A stretch of 64,000 nt of DNA from Eubacteriales bacterium (GTDB taxonomy: Bacteria; Bacillota; Clostridia; Oscillospirales; CAG-272), in contig JAZNCH010000002.1 of assembly GCA_045587445.1 (NCBI GenBank), positions 35,506-99,505 of the forward strand, given 5' to 3'. Below are positions 46,530 to 55,046 of the stretch, piece by piece (the stretch's first letter is position 1; each line of letters opens with the position of its first letter). Both the position numbers and the translations under genes were made by a program. Under the pieces are notes generated by a model, which was not told the origin of the DNA, did not search any database, and saw only the letters and a list, made by a program, of their open reading frames with translations.

Positions 46530-47210
46530 ATGGAAAAAATATATACAATACCCGTCAACGAGGCTTTTGATGCCTGTATGGAAGATAAAACAAAGGGCTG
46601 TCCTTTCTGCGAAATGTTCAGAAAGGTTCAAGAAAACGAGCTTGACCTTATTCTCGGCGCATCTATGATGGAGCCCGACGTTCGTATCAAGACAAACGAA
46701 ATGGGCTTCTGCGATAAGCACCTTTCTATGATGATGAAACGAAAGAACAGACTCGGTCTTGCTCTTATGCTCGAAAGCCACTTGGCTCACGTAGCAAAAG
46801 AATCAAAAGGCTTCGGAGCTATTAAAAAGGTCGAAAAGATTAACGACAGCTGTTACATCTGCTCCCGTATCGACTACCATATCGAAAGAATGTTCGAGAC
46901 TGCCGCTTGGCTTTACGATACCGACAGAGCCTTTGAAGAAAAGATTAAGAATCAATCATATTTCTGCTTGAACCACTACCATAAGTTTTTGACTGCCGGT
47001 AAAAATGAACTTAACAGAAAGAAATATGCCGACTTTGAACGTCTTGTTTCAAAGGTTAATGAGACATACCTCACAGAGCTAAGTGCAGACGTAAGCTGGT
47101 TCTGTAAAAAGTTTGACTATAGGTACGATGAAGAGCCTTGGGGTAACGCGAAGAACGCCCCCGAAAGAGCTATTAAATTCTTGACCGGTAGCTTGACAGA
47201 CGTTGAATAA
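46530..47210 (+). CDS. conserved hypothetical Cys/His-rich protein (two CxxC...CxxH modules)
   Basis: 226 aa. CPFC(x31)CDKH is repeated as CYIC(x39)CLNH. Both modules look like zinc-binding motifs. Confidence 0.6.
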   Translation: MEKIYTIPVNEAFDACMEDKTKGCPFCEMFRKVQENELDLILGASMMEPDVRIKTNEMGFCDKHLSMMMKRKNRLGLALMLESHLAHVAKESKGFGAIKKVEKINDSCYICSRIDYHIERMFETAAWLYDTDRAFEEKIKNQSYFCLNHYHKFLTAGKNELNRKKYADFERLVSKVNETYLTELSADVSWFCKKFDYRYDEEPWGNAKNAPERAIKFLTGSLTDVE

Positions 47211-47214
47211 CCCC

Positions 47215-47270
47215 CCTACTTTCTTTGAGGAAGAAAGTAGGCAAAGACCCTTGAATAATTGGTCTGTGCC
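47215..47270 (-). repeat. dispersed repeat E1 copy
   Basis: Reads cctactttctttgaggaagaaagtaggcaaagacccttgaataattggtctgtgcc. Confidence 0.85.
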
Positions 47271-47337
47271 ACTTTTTATCATTTGTGCGAACAATTTATC
47301 TTAATATTAAAGCGGAGGGGAATCCCCTACGCTTTTT

Positions 47338-47378
47338 AAAGTTTTTGAGGGTTTGGGAACTTTTTTCAAAAAGTTCCC
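47338..47378 (+). repeat. dispersed repeat E3 copy (also the likely terminator of the Cys-rich gene)
   Basis: Reads aaagtttttgagggtttGGGAACtttttt-c-aaaaaGTTCCC, followed by ttattttttt. Confidence 0.75.
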
Positions 47379-47386
47379 TTATTTTT

Positions 47387-48565
47387 TTACACTTCCGGCT
47401 CTATTTTTATTGTCTGGAGTGATTCCATTGCTTCTTTTTCGAGGGCTTCTATATCAATCTTCGATTCTTGTTCAAGCACACGGAACATTTCGGGGCGAGT
47501 CTTGGGGTGTTTAGGAGTAAACACTGTACAACAATCTTCGTATGGAAGTATTGAAGTCTCAAACGTATTAATCTTTCTTGAAATAGTAATAATCTCTTCT
47601 TTATCCATACCGATACAAGGTCTAAAAACGGGCATATTTACAACAGAGTCGGTAACGTTCAGCGCATCTAAAGTCTGACTTGCAACCTGACCTAAGCTTT
47701 CACCTGTAATAAGTGCACGGCACTTATTTCTGTTTGCAACCTTTTCTGCAAGACGCATCATAAAACGACGGAGCAACAGAGTAAAATATTCCTCGTCGCA
47801 AAGTCGTCTCAATTCCTCTTGGATATGAGTAAGAGAAATAACGTGCACGTAGATATTACCCGAATATACGGAAACAAGTCTTGCAAGCTGCAATACCTTT
47901 TCTTTTGCTCTCTCGCTTGTATAGGGGAAGCTTTCAAAGTGAACTGCATCAAGATTAAGTCCCCTCTTCGACATCATATAACCTGCAACAGGGCTGTCAA
48001 TACCACCCGAAAGCAAAAGCATAGCCTTACCGTTTGAGCCTACGGGCATACCGCCGGCACCCTTAAAGGCACCTGCGTGAACATAAGCGTTGGTTTCACG
48101 AAGCTCAATTCTAACGGTTATTTCAGGGTTATCCATACTAACTTTAAGTCTCGGCATAACCTCAAGCACAGCACCGCCTACCTCTGCCGCAATCTGCGGA
48201 GAGGTCAAGGGAAATTTCTTGTCAGAGCGTCTTGCTTCAGCCTTAAAGCTCTTTTTACCTTCAAGATATTGGGGCAGATATTCTGCCGCCTTTTTCTTTA
48301 TATCATCAATATTCTTTTCGCAAACAACGGCACGGCTAACCGAAACAAAGCCAAATACTTTAAGAGCTGCCTCAAATGCACCGTCAATATCGGCAAAATC
48401 GTCTAACGGCTCAACGTATGTTGTTGACTGTGATGCGGAAACCTTAAAATTACCGTAAGGCTTGATACATTCCTTAAGTCTCTTTGCCAAAAGGTCCTCA
48501 AACCACTTTCTGTTAAGTCCCTTTAGTACGAGTTCGCCCTGTTTACACAAAAGTATTTCTTTCAT
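47387..48565 (-). CDS. thiI: tRNA 4-thiouridine(8) synthase ThiI (no rhodanese domain)
   Basis: 392 aa. A THUMP region is followed by the PP-loop SGGIDSPVAGYMM. Confidence 0.9.
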   Translation of the reverse strand: MKEILLCKQGELVLKGLNRKWFEDLLAKRLKECIKPYGNFKVSASQSTTYVEPLDDFADIDGAFEAALKVFGFVSVSRAVVCEKNIDDIKKKAAEYLPQYLEGKKSFKAEARRSDKKFPLTSPQIAAEVGGAVLEVMPRLKVSMDNPEITVRIELRETNAYVHAGAFKGAGGMPVGSNGKAMLLLSGGIDSPVAGYMMSKRGLNLDAVHFESFPYTSERAKEKVLQLARLVSVYSGNIYVHVISLTHIQEELRRLCDEEYFTLLLRRFMMRLAEKVANRNKCRALITGESLGQVASQTLDALNVTDSVVNMPVFRPCIGMDKEEIITISRKINTFETSILPYEDCCTVFTPKHPKTRPEMFRVLEQESKIDIEALEKEAMESLQTIKIEPEV

Positions 48566-48669
48566 TTCTCATTTTCCTTTTTTCTTTATAATGTCTTATT
48601 GATTTTACACCAAATAAATCTTTATGTCAAGAAGATAAAATCTTCCTTAAAATAAACTTACTTTCTTCC

Positions 48670-48710
48670 CGCTTTCTTTCGTAGAAAGCTTGGCAAAGAA
48701 CTTGCCTCTC
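48670..48710 (-). repeat. dispersed repeat E2 copy (inverted)
   Basis: cgctttctttcgtagaaagcttggcaaagaacttgcctctc is the reverse complement of 53786-53826 with one mismatch. Confidence 0.9.
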
Positions 48711-48732
48711 GGGTTTCTACAAATTATTATTA

Positions 48733-48791
48733 GTAGTACAGACCCATTATTAAAAGGTTCTTTGCTTACTTTCTTCCTTAAAGAAAGTAGG
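48733..48791 (+). repeat. dispersed repeat E1 copy
   Basis: Reads gtagtacagacccattattaaaaggttctttgcttactttcttccttaaagaaagtagg. Confidence 0.85.
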
Positions 48792-48822
48792 GCGACCGTT
48801 TTGGCCGCCCTTAAGTTCTTGT

Positions 48823-49473
48823 TTATTTATTCTTTTTAACTTTGTCTTCGAGGCAGATAACAATTTTTCTGTTATCGTCGGAACCGATAGAGTATGTTGA
48901 CACGCCCTCAATATCCTGAATTTCGGAATGAATAATTCTTCTTTCGTAGGGGTTCATAGGTTCAAGAGTCATATTTCTGCCGTTTTTGCGAACTCTTGCA
49001 GCCATTCTTCTTGCGAGAGTTCTGAGAGTTTCTTCTCTCTTAGCTCTGTAGTTTTCAATATCTACGGTAATCTTTGAGTAATCGTCTTTGTCTTCGTCGC
49101 CCTTGTTTGCAGTAAGGTTTGCAAGGTACTGCACAGCATCAAGAGTCTCACCATGATGACCGATAAGCATACCTGCCGCCTCACCCTCAAGAGTAATCTT
49201 AAGATCCTTGCCGTTTACTACTTCATTCTTAACCTCAACGTCAAGCTCCAGATTTTTTACAAGAGTAGTAACGAAGTCAACAGCCTTTATACCTGCACTC
49301 ATTTCGCAGTATACTCTAACCTTAGCGGGAGTCTCACCAAAACCGAGAAATCCCTTTTTGGCGTTTTCTATAACTTCATACTGTGCTTTTTCGGCAACAA
49401 CGTTAAGTTCTTTTAAGCCTTTTTCTATAGCATCTTCAACAGTCTTTCCGTAAACTATAACTTCACGTATCAT
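48823..49473 (-). CDS. jag: Jag/KhpB RNA-binding protein (KH + R3H)
   Basis: 216 aa with LIGHHGETLDAVQYL (KH) and ERRIIHSEI (R3H). It lies downstream of yidC. Confidence 0.9.
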   Translation of the reverse strand: MIREVIVYGKTVEDAIEKGLKELNVVAEKAQYEVIENAKKGFLGFGETPAKVRVYCEMSAGIKAVDFVTTLVKNLELDVEVKNEVVNGKDLKITLEGEAAGMLIGHHGETLDAVQYLANLTANKGDEDKDDYSKITVDIENYRAKREETLRTLARRMAARVRKNGRNMTLEPMNPYERRIIHSEIQDIEGVSTYSIGSDDNRKIVICLEDKVKKNK

Positions 49474-49514
49474 CTGTTTAATTCTCCTTTATATAAAGTG
49501 TCTTTAACATTCGG

Positions 49515-50657
49515 TTATTCGTCTTTCTTTTTCGTGTCGTCTTCTTGTACGTCAGACACTTCAATCATACCCGCGAGTCCATTTTTGGGAGCTTCTGACT
49601 TTTTCTTCTTTTCGGGTTCGGGAGCAATATAGTCCTCTTCATCAATTCTGTGAAGTGAACGTACCTTTTTCTTTTCGCCCGTACCGCTTGAAGATTTCTT
49701 TGTTTTTGACTTACCGTTCATTTCTCTTTCAGCATTCTTATAATCCTCTTCGGTAAACTTAGGCAAGGGCATAACCTTTGCCAAGATAATCTGCTGAATA
49801 GTACCGAAAATATTATTGAACATCCAATAAATACCGATAACCGCAGGAACGATAAACGTGATATATACGCTCATCAAGGGCATCATCCAGTCCATCATTT
49901 TTGTGGAACAGCCGGCAGCGGGGTCGTTATTTTGTACGCCTTCGTTGGGGTTGTACATAAACTTCTTGTTTATCTTCATAGACAAAAAGCTTATCACAAA
50001 CGTCAAAACGGGAACCAACCATAAAATAGTAATTGTATTAATAGCGGGAGTTTCTGCAAGATTAAGCCCGAAAATATTGAAGTTCGGGAGCTCTTCTACA
50101 GATTTAACGTACTCGCTTATTTGCGAGCTGAATTCGTTGAAATTATTTTTAATAATATCAACGAGCTGAATTTGGGACATAGACTTAATAGCCTTTTCAA
50201 CAGTTTGTCCTTCAGTCAAAGTTTTTGAAACAATTTCTTTAAGAGCATCGCTCTCGGTTATTGCCTTAACAACGTCTTTTGGAATACGGCAAAGGAATTC
50301 CAATGGTCTGATAATTACCTGATAAAGACCGAGCAATATAGGAAGCTGAATAAGAAGAGGCAAACAACCACCCATTGGGTTGTAGTTCTCTCTGGTATAG
50401 AGATCCATTATTTCGTTCTGCATCTTTTGCTGAGTCGGCTGATCGTTTCTTCCCGCATACTTTTTGCGGATAGCCATTTCTTTTGGTCTCAGCGTAGCCT
50501 GCTTAATGGAATTTTTTTGCTGCTTTATGCTCAAAGGCAGCATTGCAATTTTTACTACAATTGCAAACAAAATAAGACCTACGAGATAATTTTTTCCGCC
50601 GATTATATAACAAAATTCGACGACGTAGGCAAACAGTTTAAGAATTGCGTCTATCAA
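49515..50657 (-). CDS. yidC: membrane protein insertase YidC/SpoIIIJ
   Basis: TTG start after GGAG. The motif GGCLPLLIQLPILLGLY is present, followed by a long charged C-terminal tail. Confidence 0.9.
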   Translation of the reverse strand: MIDAILKLFAYVVEFCYIIGGKNYLVGLILFAIVVKIAMLPLSIKQQKNSIKQATLRPKEMAIRKKYAGRNDQPTQQKMQNEIMDLYTRENYNPMGGCLPLLIQLPILLGLYQVIIRPLEFLCRIPKDVVKAITESDALKEIVSKTLTEGQTVEKAIKSMSQIQLVDIIKNNFNEFSSQISEYVKSVEELPNFNIFGLNLAETPAINTITILWLVPVLTFVISFLSMKINKKFMYNPNEGVQNNDPAAGCSTKMMDWMMPLMSVYITFIVPAVIGIYWMFNNIFGTIQQIILAKVMPLPKFTEEDYKNAEREMNGKSKTKKSSSGTGEKKKVRSLHRIDEEDYIAPEPEKKKKSEAPKNGLAGMIEVSDVQEDDTKKKDE

Positions 50658-50690
50658 AGCTTTTCTCCTTCTTTTACAAATACATAATTC

Positions 50691-50918
50691 TTACTTTTTC
50701 TTTTTTTCGGGAACGGGATCGTAGCCTCCGCGGCAAAAAGGGTTACATCTGAGTATTCTCCATATAGCAAGAATACTACCCTTGAAAAATCCGTGAATTT
50801 CCAATGCCTCAATAGCATACTGTGAGCATGTGGGATAAAATCTGCATGAGGGCTTACTTTTCAGAGGCGAGATATATTTTTGATAGATTCTAATCAAAAA
50901 AATAAAAATCCGTTTCAT
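50691..50918 (-). CDS. yidD: membrane protein insertion efficiency factor YidD
   Basis: 75 aa containing [14 protein letters not shown]. The start overlaps the rnpA stop. Confidence 0.9.
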   Translation of the reverse strand: MKRIFIFLIRIYQKYISPLKSKPSCRFYPTCSQYAIEALEIHGFFKGSILAIWRILRCNPFCRGGYDPVPEKKKK

Positions 50919-51286
50919 ATCATTTCCAACTTCTTGAATGCAAATACCATATCTTTTTCAAGGTCCGTTGATTTAGCTTTTACAGCAGTCTCCCTTGCAA
51001 CAAGAACTATAAGATTGCCTTTTTTGATACCGTATTTTTTATCTGTCAAACGGTATCCCTCTCTTATTATTCTCTTTACACGCGATCTGGTAACAGCTCC
51101 CCCGATTTTTTTTGTTACGGTAAGTCCAACTCGGTTAATATACTGCTTATTTGGATTTTCTTTTTTGAGCTTTCCGGCGTGTCTGTCGGGTAAAACGTAG
51201 ATAACAACGTGCTTCGTTGCTATCTTCTTACCCTTTCTGTACGCCTTACTATACAAGTGGTTTTCACTTATCGCCTTATATTTCAT
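50915..51286 (-). CDS. rnpA: ribonuclease P protein component
   Basis: 123 aa with the RNR-type basic motif [18 protein letters not shown]. Confidence 0.9.
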   Translation of the reverse strand: MKYKAISENHLYSKAYRKGKKIATKHVVIYVLPDRHAGKLKKENPNKQYINRVGLTVTKKIGGAVTRSRVKRIIREGYRLTDKKYGIKKGNLIVLVARETAVKAKSTDLEKDMVFAFKKLEMI

Positions 51287-51392
51287 AAATATAAAACCTC
51301 CCTTGTATATTTCTTAATTTTGGTAAAACAAAAACCCCCGAGAGTATCGGCGGTTTTGTAACTGACATGCGATGTAAAAAACGTCTATGCCA

Positions 51393-51527
51393 TTAATATG
51401 TGAGCCGTTTTCTGCCTTTTGCGCGTCTTCTCTTCAACACATTTCTGCCGTCGGCGGTTCTCATTCTTTTTCTAAAGCCATGTTCCTTTTTGCGCTGGCG
51501 TTTCTTAGGCTGATACGTTCTGATCAT
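51393..51527 (-). CDS. rpmH: 50S ribosomal protein L34
   Basis: It is below the ORF-track cut-off. My translation is [53 protein letters not shown] precedes it. Confidence 0.95.
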   Translation of the reverse strand: MIRTYQPKKRQRKKEHGFRKRMRTADGRNVLKRRRAKGRKRLTY

Positions 51528-51675
51528 CGTACGCACCTCCTTCAACTTCTAAAAATACTCAACGGTAATCCTTATTATTACATAAAATGAACTTCTTGTC
51601 AAGTGTTTTTTTAATTTTATCTTCTGTATCAAAGAAAAATTTTAAAAATTATCTTCAAAATTTACCGTTTTTGCC

Positions 51676-51704
51676 TTGCATTATATATATATATATGCTA
51701 TAAT
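51676..51704 (+). promoter_or_regulatory. candidate dnaA promoter TTGCAT-17-TATAAT with a (TA)n spacer
   Basis: The hexamers are separated by tatatatatatatatgc. It lies 68 bp upstream of the dnaA ATG. Confidence 0.5.
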
Positions 51705-51771
51705 AAATTATATATATGCAAATTCGAGCGTTTTTCATATTTTTTATTTTTTTGAAAGGAAAAGCTTATTT

Positions 51772-53199
51772 ATGCAATTTTTAGACGACCTTTGGGCAAA
51801 CGTTGTTAAGAATATGAGACAGACATATGCCGAAGGCTTTATTGAATTATGGTTCAACGATTTGAAGCTTGAGGTTTTGAATAATACAGACGCCGTTTTG
51901 GTTAACAGTAGCGACCTTAAGTGTAAAATTTTAAATGATAAACACCTTCCTACTATAAAGCAGTATCTTGAAGAACTTATCGGCTATCCGGTAAACGTTA
52001 CCATTCTTTCAAGACAAAACGGCGATCCCGACCTTACTCCGTATATAGAGGGAAGAGCTGCCGAAAAAACTGAAAGTAAGAGCGAAAAGATAACGACGGT
52101 GTCAGAGCTTACCTTTGACGAAAGTGATACCGACGACGTTACTTTTGAGCAGGCGAGCAATATTTTTCCGCCCTATCATACTCAGTATACTTTCGATAAC
52201 TTTATTGTAGGTAACTCAAACAAGTTTGCTTACGAGGCTTGTATTTCGGTCTGCAATAACCCAGCTACCCATTTTAACCCATTGTTTATTTACGGACAAA
52301 GCGGTCTCGGAAAGACACACCTACTCTACGCGATAAATAACTTTATCTTAAGCAAGAACAAAAAAGCGAGCATCGTGTACGTTAAGGGTGAAGATTTTGC
52401 AAGTCAGCTTATTGAAAACATAAGCAAGAAGTCAAACATTACTTTCAGAGAAAAGTTTAAAAATAAATTTAGAAAAACGGATTTTCTTCTTATAGACGAT
52501 ATTCACTTTATTGCAGGTAAAGAAGCGACACAGGAAGAGATATTTCATACGTTCAACGCTCTTTACGATGCGGGTAAACAGATTATTATGACCAGTGATC
52601 GTCCGCCGAAAGAGATTAAGACACTTGAAGACAGACTCAGAACACGCTTTGAAGACGGTCTTATAGTTGACATTCAACCGCCGGATTATGAACTCAGAAC
52701 TGCTATAATTAAAGATAAGGCTAAAAAATTAGGTGTTACATTCCCCCCCGAAGTATTGAACTATTTATCAGAAAATCTTAGAAACAATATACGTCAGATA
52801 GAAGGTGCAGTTAAGACACTTGCGGCTCATTCTTTCCTTAAAGGAGCAAAGCTTGACCTTGACCTCGCGAAAGAATGTATATCCGTTATCGTTTCAAATA
52901 ACGAACCCGTTGACGTTACTATTGAGAGAATTTTTGAAAAGGTTTCAAAGAAATATAATATCTCCGAAAATGATTTGAAAGGCTCAAAGAGAAATCAAGA
53001 GGTAGCCAATGCAAGACATATCTGCATCTATATTATAAAAAATATGACAGACCTGTCCTTGAAGAAAATAGGCAATATTTTTTCAAGAGACCATTCGACC
53101 GTTAAATCTTCTTTGAATAAGATTGAGACTGATATTAAAGAAAACTCGGTACTCGAAATTGAGATAAACGAGCTTATGGAAGAAATAAGAAAAAAATAA
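51772..53199 (+). CDS. dnaA: chromosomal replication initiator protein DnaA
   Basis: ATG 51772 gives MQFLDDLWANV.... Walker A is GQSGLGKTHLL, and the C-terminal DNA-binding helix reads FSRDHSTVKSSL. Confidence 0.95.
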   Translation: MQFLDDLWANVVKNMRQTYAEGFIELWFNDLKLEVLNNTDAVLVNSSDLKCKILNDKHLPTIKQYLEELIGYPVNVTILSRQNGDPDLTPYIEGRAAEKTESKSEKITTVSELTFDESDTDDVTFEQASNIFPPYHTQYTFDNFIVGNSNKFAYEACISVCNNPATHFNPLFIYGQSGLGKTHLLYAINNFILSKNKKASIVYVKGEDFASQLIENISKKSNITFREKFKNKFRKTDFLLIDDIHFIAGKEATQEEIFHTFNALYDAGKQIIMTSDRPPKEIKTLEDRLRTRFEDGLIVDIQPPDYELRTAIIKDKAKKLGVTFPPEVLNYLSENLRNNIRQIEGAVKTLAAHSFLKGAKLDLDLAKECISVIVSNNEPVDVTIERIFEKVSKKYNISENDLKGSKRNQEVANARHICIYIIKNMTDLSLKKIGNIFSRDHSTVKSSLNKIETDIKENSVLEIEINELMEEIRKK

Positions 53200-53575
53200 A
53201 GTCTCCCTATATTTTCCACAGTTGTTGAAAAGGGTGTGGAAAACTTTTTGGTGTAAATAAGCTACTGTTTGTGCTATATTACAGGCAAACTTAACAGAGT
53301 TTTCCACAGTAAAGTTTTCCTATGAAAATTTGTTGAAAAAAGTTGGAAAAAACCTTTATTTTTAATGGTGTTGAAATCCACAAAATTTTCCAACTATTTC
53401 TAACACTTTATCAACAGGGAGAAACAAATAAATTTTTCCCTTAATATGCACACTTTTTAACTTTCCAACATTTTCAACATCACCTACTACAGCTATTACC
53501 ACTACAATATGAATAATATATGTATTATGCATCTAACTTCTCAAATTTTTAAGATGAGACAGAGATGTAGGATTG
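53200..53575. other. oriC: DnaA-box cluster, DnaA-trio-like run and AT-rich unwinding region
   Basis: TTTTCCACA occurs at 53212 and 53300, and TGTGGAAAA at 53235. There are at least 8 one- or two-mismatch variants (53223, 53331, 53342, 53374, 53386, 53408, 53462, 53471). A trio run lies at 53484-53504, followed by an AT-rich stretch at 53505-53575. Confidence 0.8.
53484..53504 (-). promoter_or_regulatory. DnaA-trio-like element (bottom strand TAG TGG TAA TAG CTG TAG TAG)
   Basis: 5 of 7 triplets fit TA[AG]. The run sits directly between the last DnaA-box-like sites and the AT-rich segment. Confidence 0.5.
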
Positions 53576-53688
53576 TATAAATTTGGTTATTTTTTGCTGC
53601 ACTAAATGATGTTGTATAGGAAGGGGAGGGGCTTGCTCCTCCCGCAAAAAACGAACAATCTTGTGCGAATAATATATCTATATTATAC

Positions 53689-53753
53689 GGGGCGGCGAGG
53701 TAGTGAATAACACTCCAGTGGAGTGTTAGAGCCGAGCCGTAGTAAACCGCCCC
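53689..53753. repeat. GC-clamped nested hairpin (GGGGCGG...AACACTCC-agt-GGAGTGTT...CCGCCCC)
   Basis: An outer 7-bp GC stem encloses an inner 8-bp perfect stem. It lies within the dnaA-dnaN spacer. Confidence 0.7.
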
Positions 53754-53777
53754 CTACAACTAATTAATAATGTTTAC

Positions 53778-53857
53778 ACAGACCAAGAGAGGCAAGTTCT
53801 TTGCCAAGCTTTCTGCGAAAGAAAGCGGTGCCTACTTTCTTCCTTAAAGAAAGTAGG
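53778..53857 (+). repeat. dispersed repeat E2 plus the E1-type hairpin
   Basis: Reads acagaccaagagaggcaagttctttgccaagctttctgcgaaagaaagcggtgCCTACTTTCTTccttaAAGAAAGTAGG. It ends 49 bp before the dnaN ATG. Confidence 0.9.
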
Positions 53858-53905
53858 AGGAAAAAGAAAAAAATAATACTTATATAAAAAGAAAGGAAAA
53901 TAATT

Positions 53906-55039
53906 ATGAAGATTATTTTCGAGAAAAACATTCTCAATAACGTTCTTACAGCCGCTATGAGTGCTGTTTCGACAAAGAACATTATTCCCGCTACTTCGGG
54001 TATTCTTGTTACGACACAGGGTTCTGACAAGGTTACGATTACTGCATACGACCTTGAAAAAGGTATTACTACGACAGTTCCCGCAGAGGTAATTGAAGAG
54101 GGCGAATACGTTATTAACGCTATTCGTTTGAATCAGATAGTTAAGACACTTTCAGAGGGAAATATTACTATTGAGGTTGACGAAAAATGTATGACCAAGA
54201 TTACGAACGGACGTTCGGAATTCAGTATGCCTGCTCTCCCCGGTTCAGACTTTCCAAGCACACCTACTGTTGATACCGGTAAGGACATAACTATCCCTCA
54301 GTCAGTTATGAGAGCTATGATAAGCCGTACGATTTTTGCCGTTGCACAGACTGACCAAAGACCTATTTATTGCGGTGTTTATTTTGAAGTTAAGGGATCT
54401 AAGATTGTTGCTGTAAGCTGCGACTCTTTCAGACTTGCTTATACAGAGCAGGAATGTGAGATGCAGAAGAATGAAGAAGCTTATGCAGATATGAGCTTTA
54501 TCGTTCCCGGAAAGACGCTTATTGAGCTTATGAAGTTCCTCAGTGATGATGAAGAAGAGGTTGTAAAGATAAGAATAGGCGGTAAACACGCATTATTTGA
54601 AGTTGGGGAATTTACTTTCTTTACAAGACTTCTTGAAGGTCAGTATATTGATTACAACAGATATATTCCCAAAGATAACACCATTTTTGTAAACTTAAAT
54701 ACAGAAGATTTTATGGACAGCCTTGAGAGAGCTGCTCTTATCAGTGAAGAAAAGGCTCAAGTAAGAAACTTTGTTAAGTGTAACTTCAAAGAAAACGTTC
54801 TCGTTATTACGGCTAACGCAGTTTCGGGTAACGTTTACGACGAGGTTGCTATTGAAAAGAACGGAAGCGACCTTGAAATAGCATTTACTTGCCGTTATCT
54901 TCTTGAAGCACTTAAGGTATGTAACGTAGAAAAGATTAAGCTTTCGATGTCAGGTCCTCTTCGTGCTATGGTAATTGAACCTGCAGAAGATGAAGAATCA
55001 AAGTTCCTCTTCGTTACACTTCCCACAAGAATGAAATAA
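53906..55039 (+). CDS. dnaN: DNA polymerase III beta sliding clamp
   Basis: 377 aa beginning MKIIFEKNILNNVL, with a three-domain clamp pattern. It follows dnaA. Confidence 0.95.
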   Translation: MKIIFEKNILNNVLTAAMSAVSTKNIIPATSGILVTTQGSDKVTITAYDLEKGITTTVPAEVIEEGEYVINAIRLNQIVKTLSEGNITIEVDEKCMTKITNGRSEFSMPALPGSDFPSTPTVDTGKDITIPQSVMRAMISRTIFAVAQTDQRPIYCGVYFEVKGSKIVAVSCDSFRLAYTEQECEMQKNEEAYADMSFIVPGKTLIELMKFLSDDEEEVVKIRIGGKHALFEVGEFTFFTRLLEGQYIDYNRYIPKDNTIFVNLNTEDFMDSLERAALISEEKAQVRNFVKCNFKENVLVITANAVSGNVYDEVAIEKNGSDLEIAFTCRYLLEALKVCNVEKIKLSMSGPLRAMVIEPAEDEESKFLFVTLPTRMK

Positions 55040-55046
55040 TTTTTCT

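Noticed and set aside
51287-51392. A hairpin (ccga-tactc-tcgg followed by gggtttttg on the minus strand) between rpmH and rnpA, considered as an attenuator or terminator.
   Set aside because: The stem is only about 4-7 bp with mismatches. It is too weak to call from sequence alone.
51387-51590. A 67-aa plus-strand ORF.
   Set aside because: It is antisense to rpmH, whose L34 translation is unambiguous on the minus strand.
53564-53577. A 14-nt identity (agatgtaggattgt) between the oriC spacer and the gyrA 5' coding region (60201-60214).
   Set aside because: A handful of 14-mer coincidences are expected by chance in 64 kb of AT-rich sequence on both strands. No flanking similarity supports it.
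53764-54030. An 88-aa minus-strand ORF overlapping the dnaN start, and the 59625..59921 (-) ORF.
   Set aside because: Both are products of the E2/E1 and E4 repeat sequences and overlap real gene starts. Neither has an RBS.
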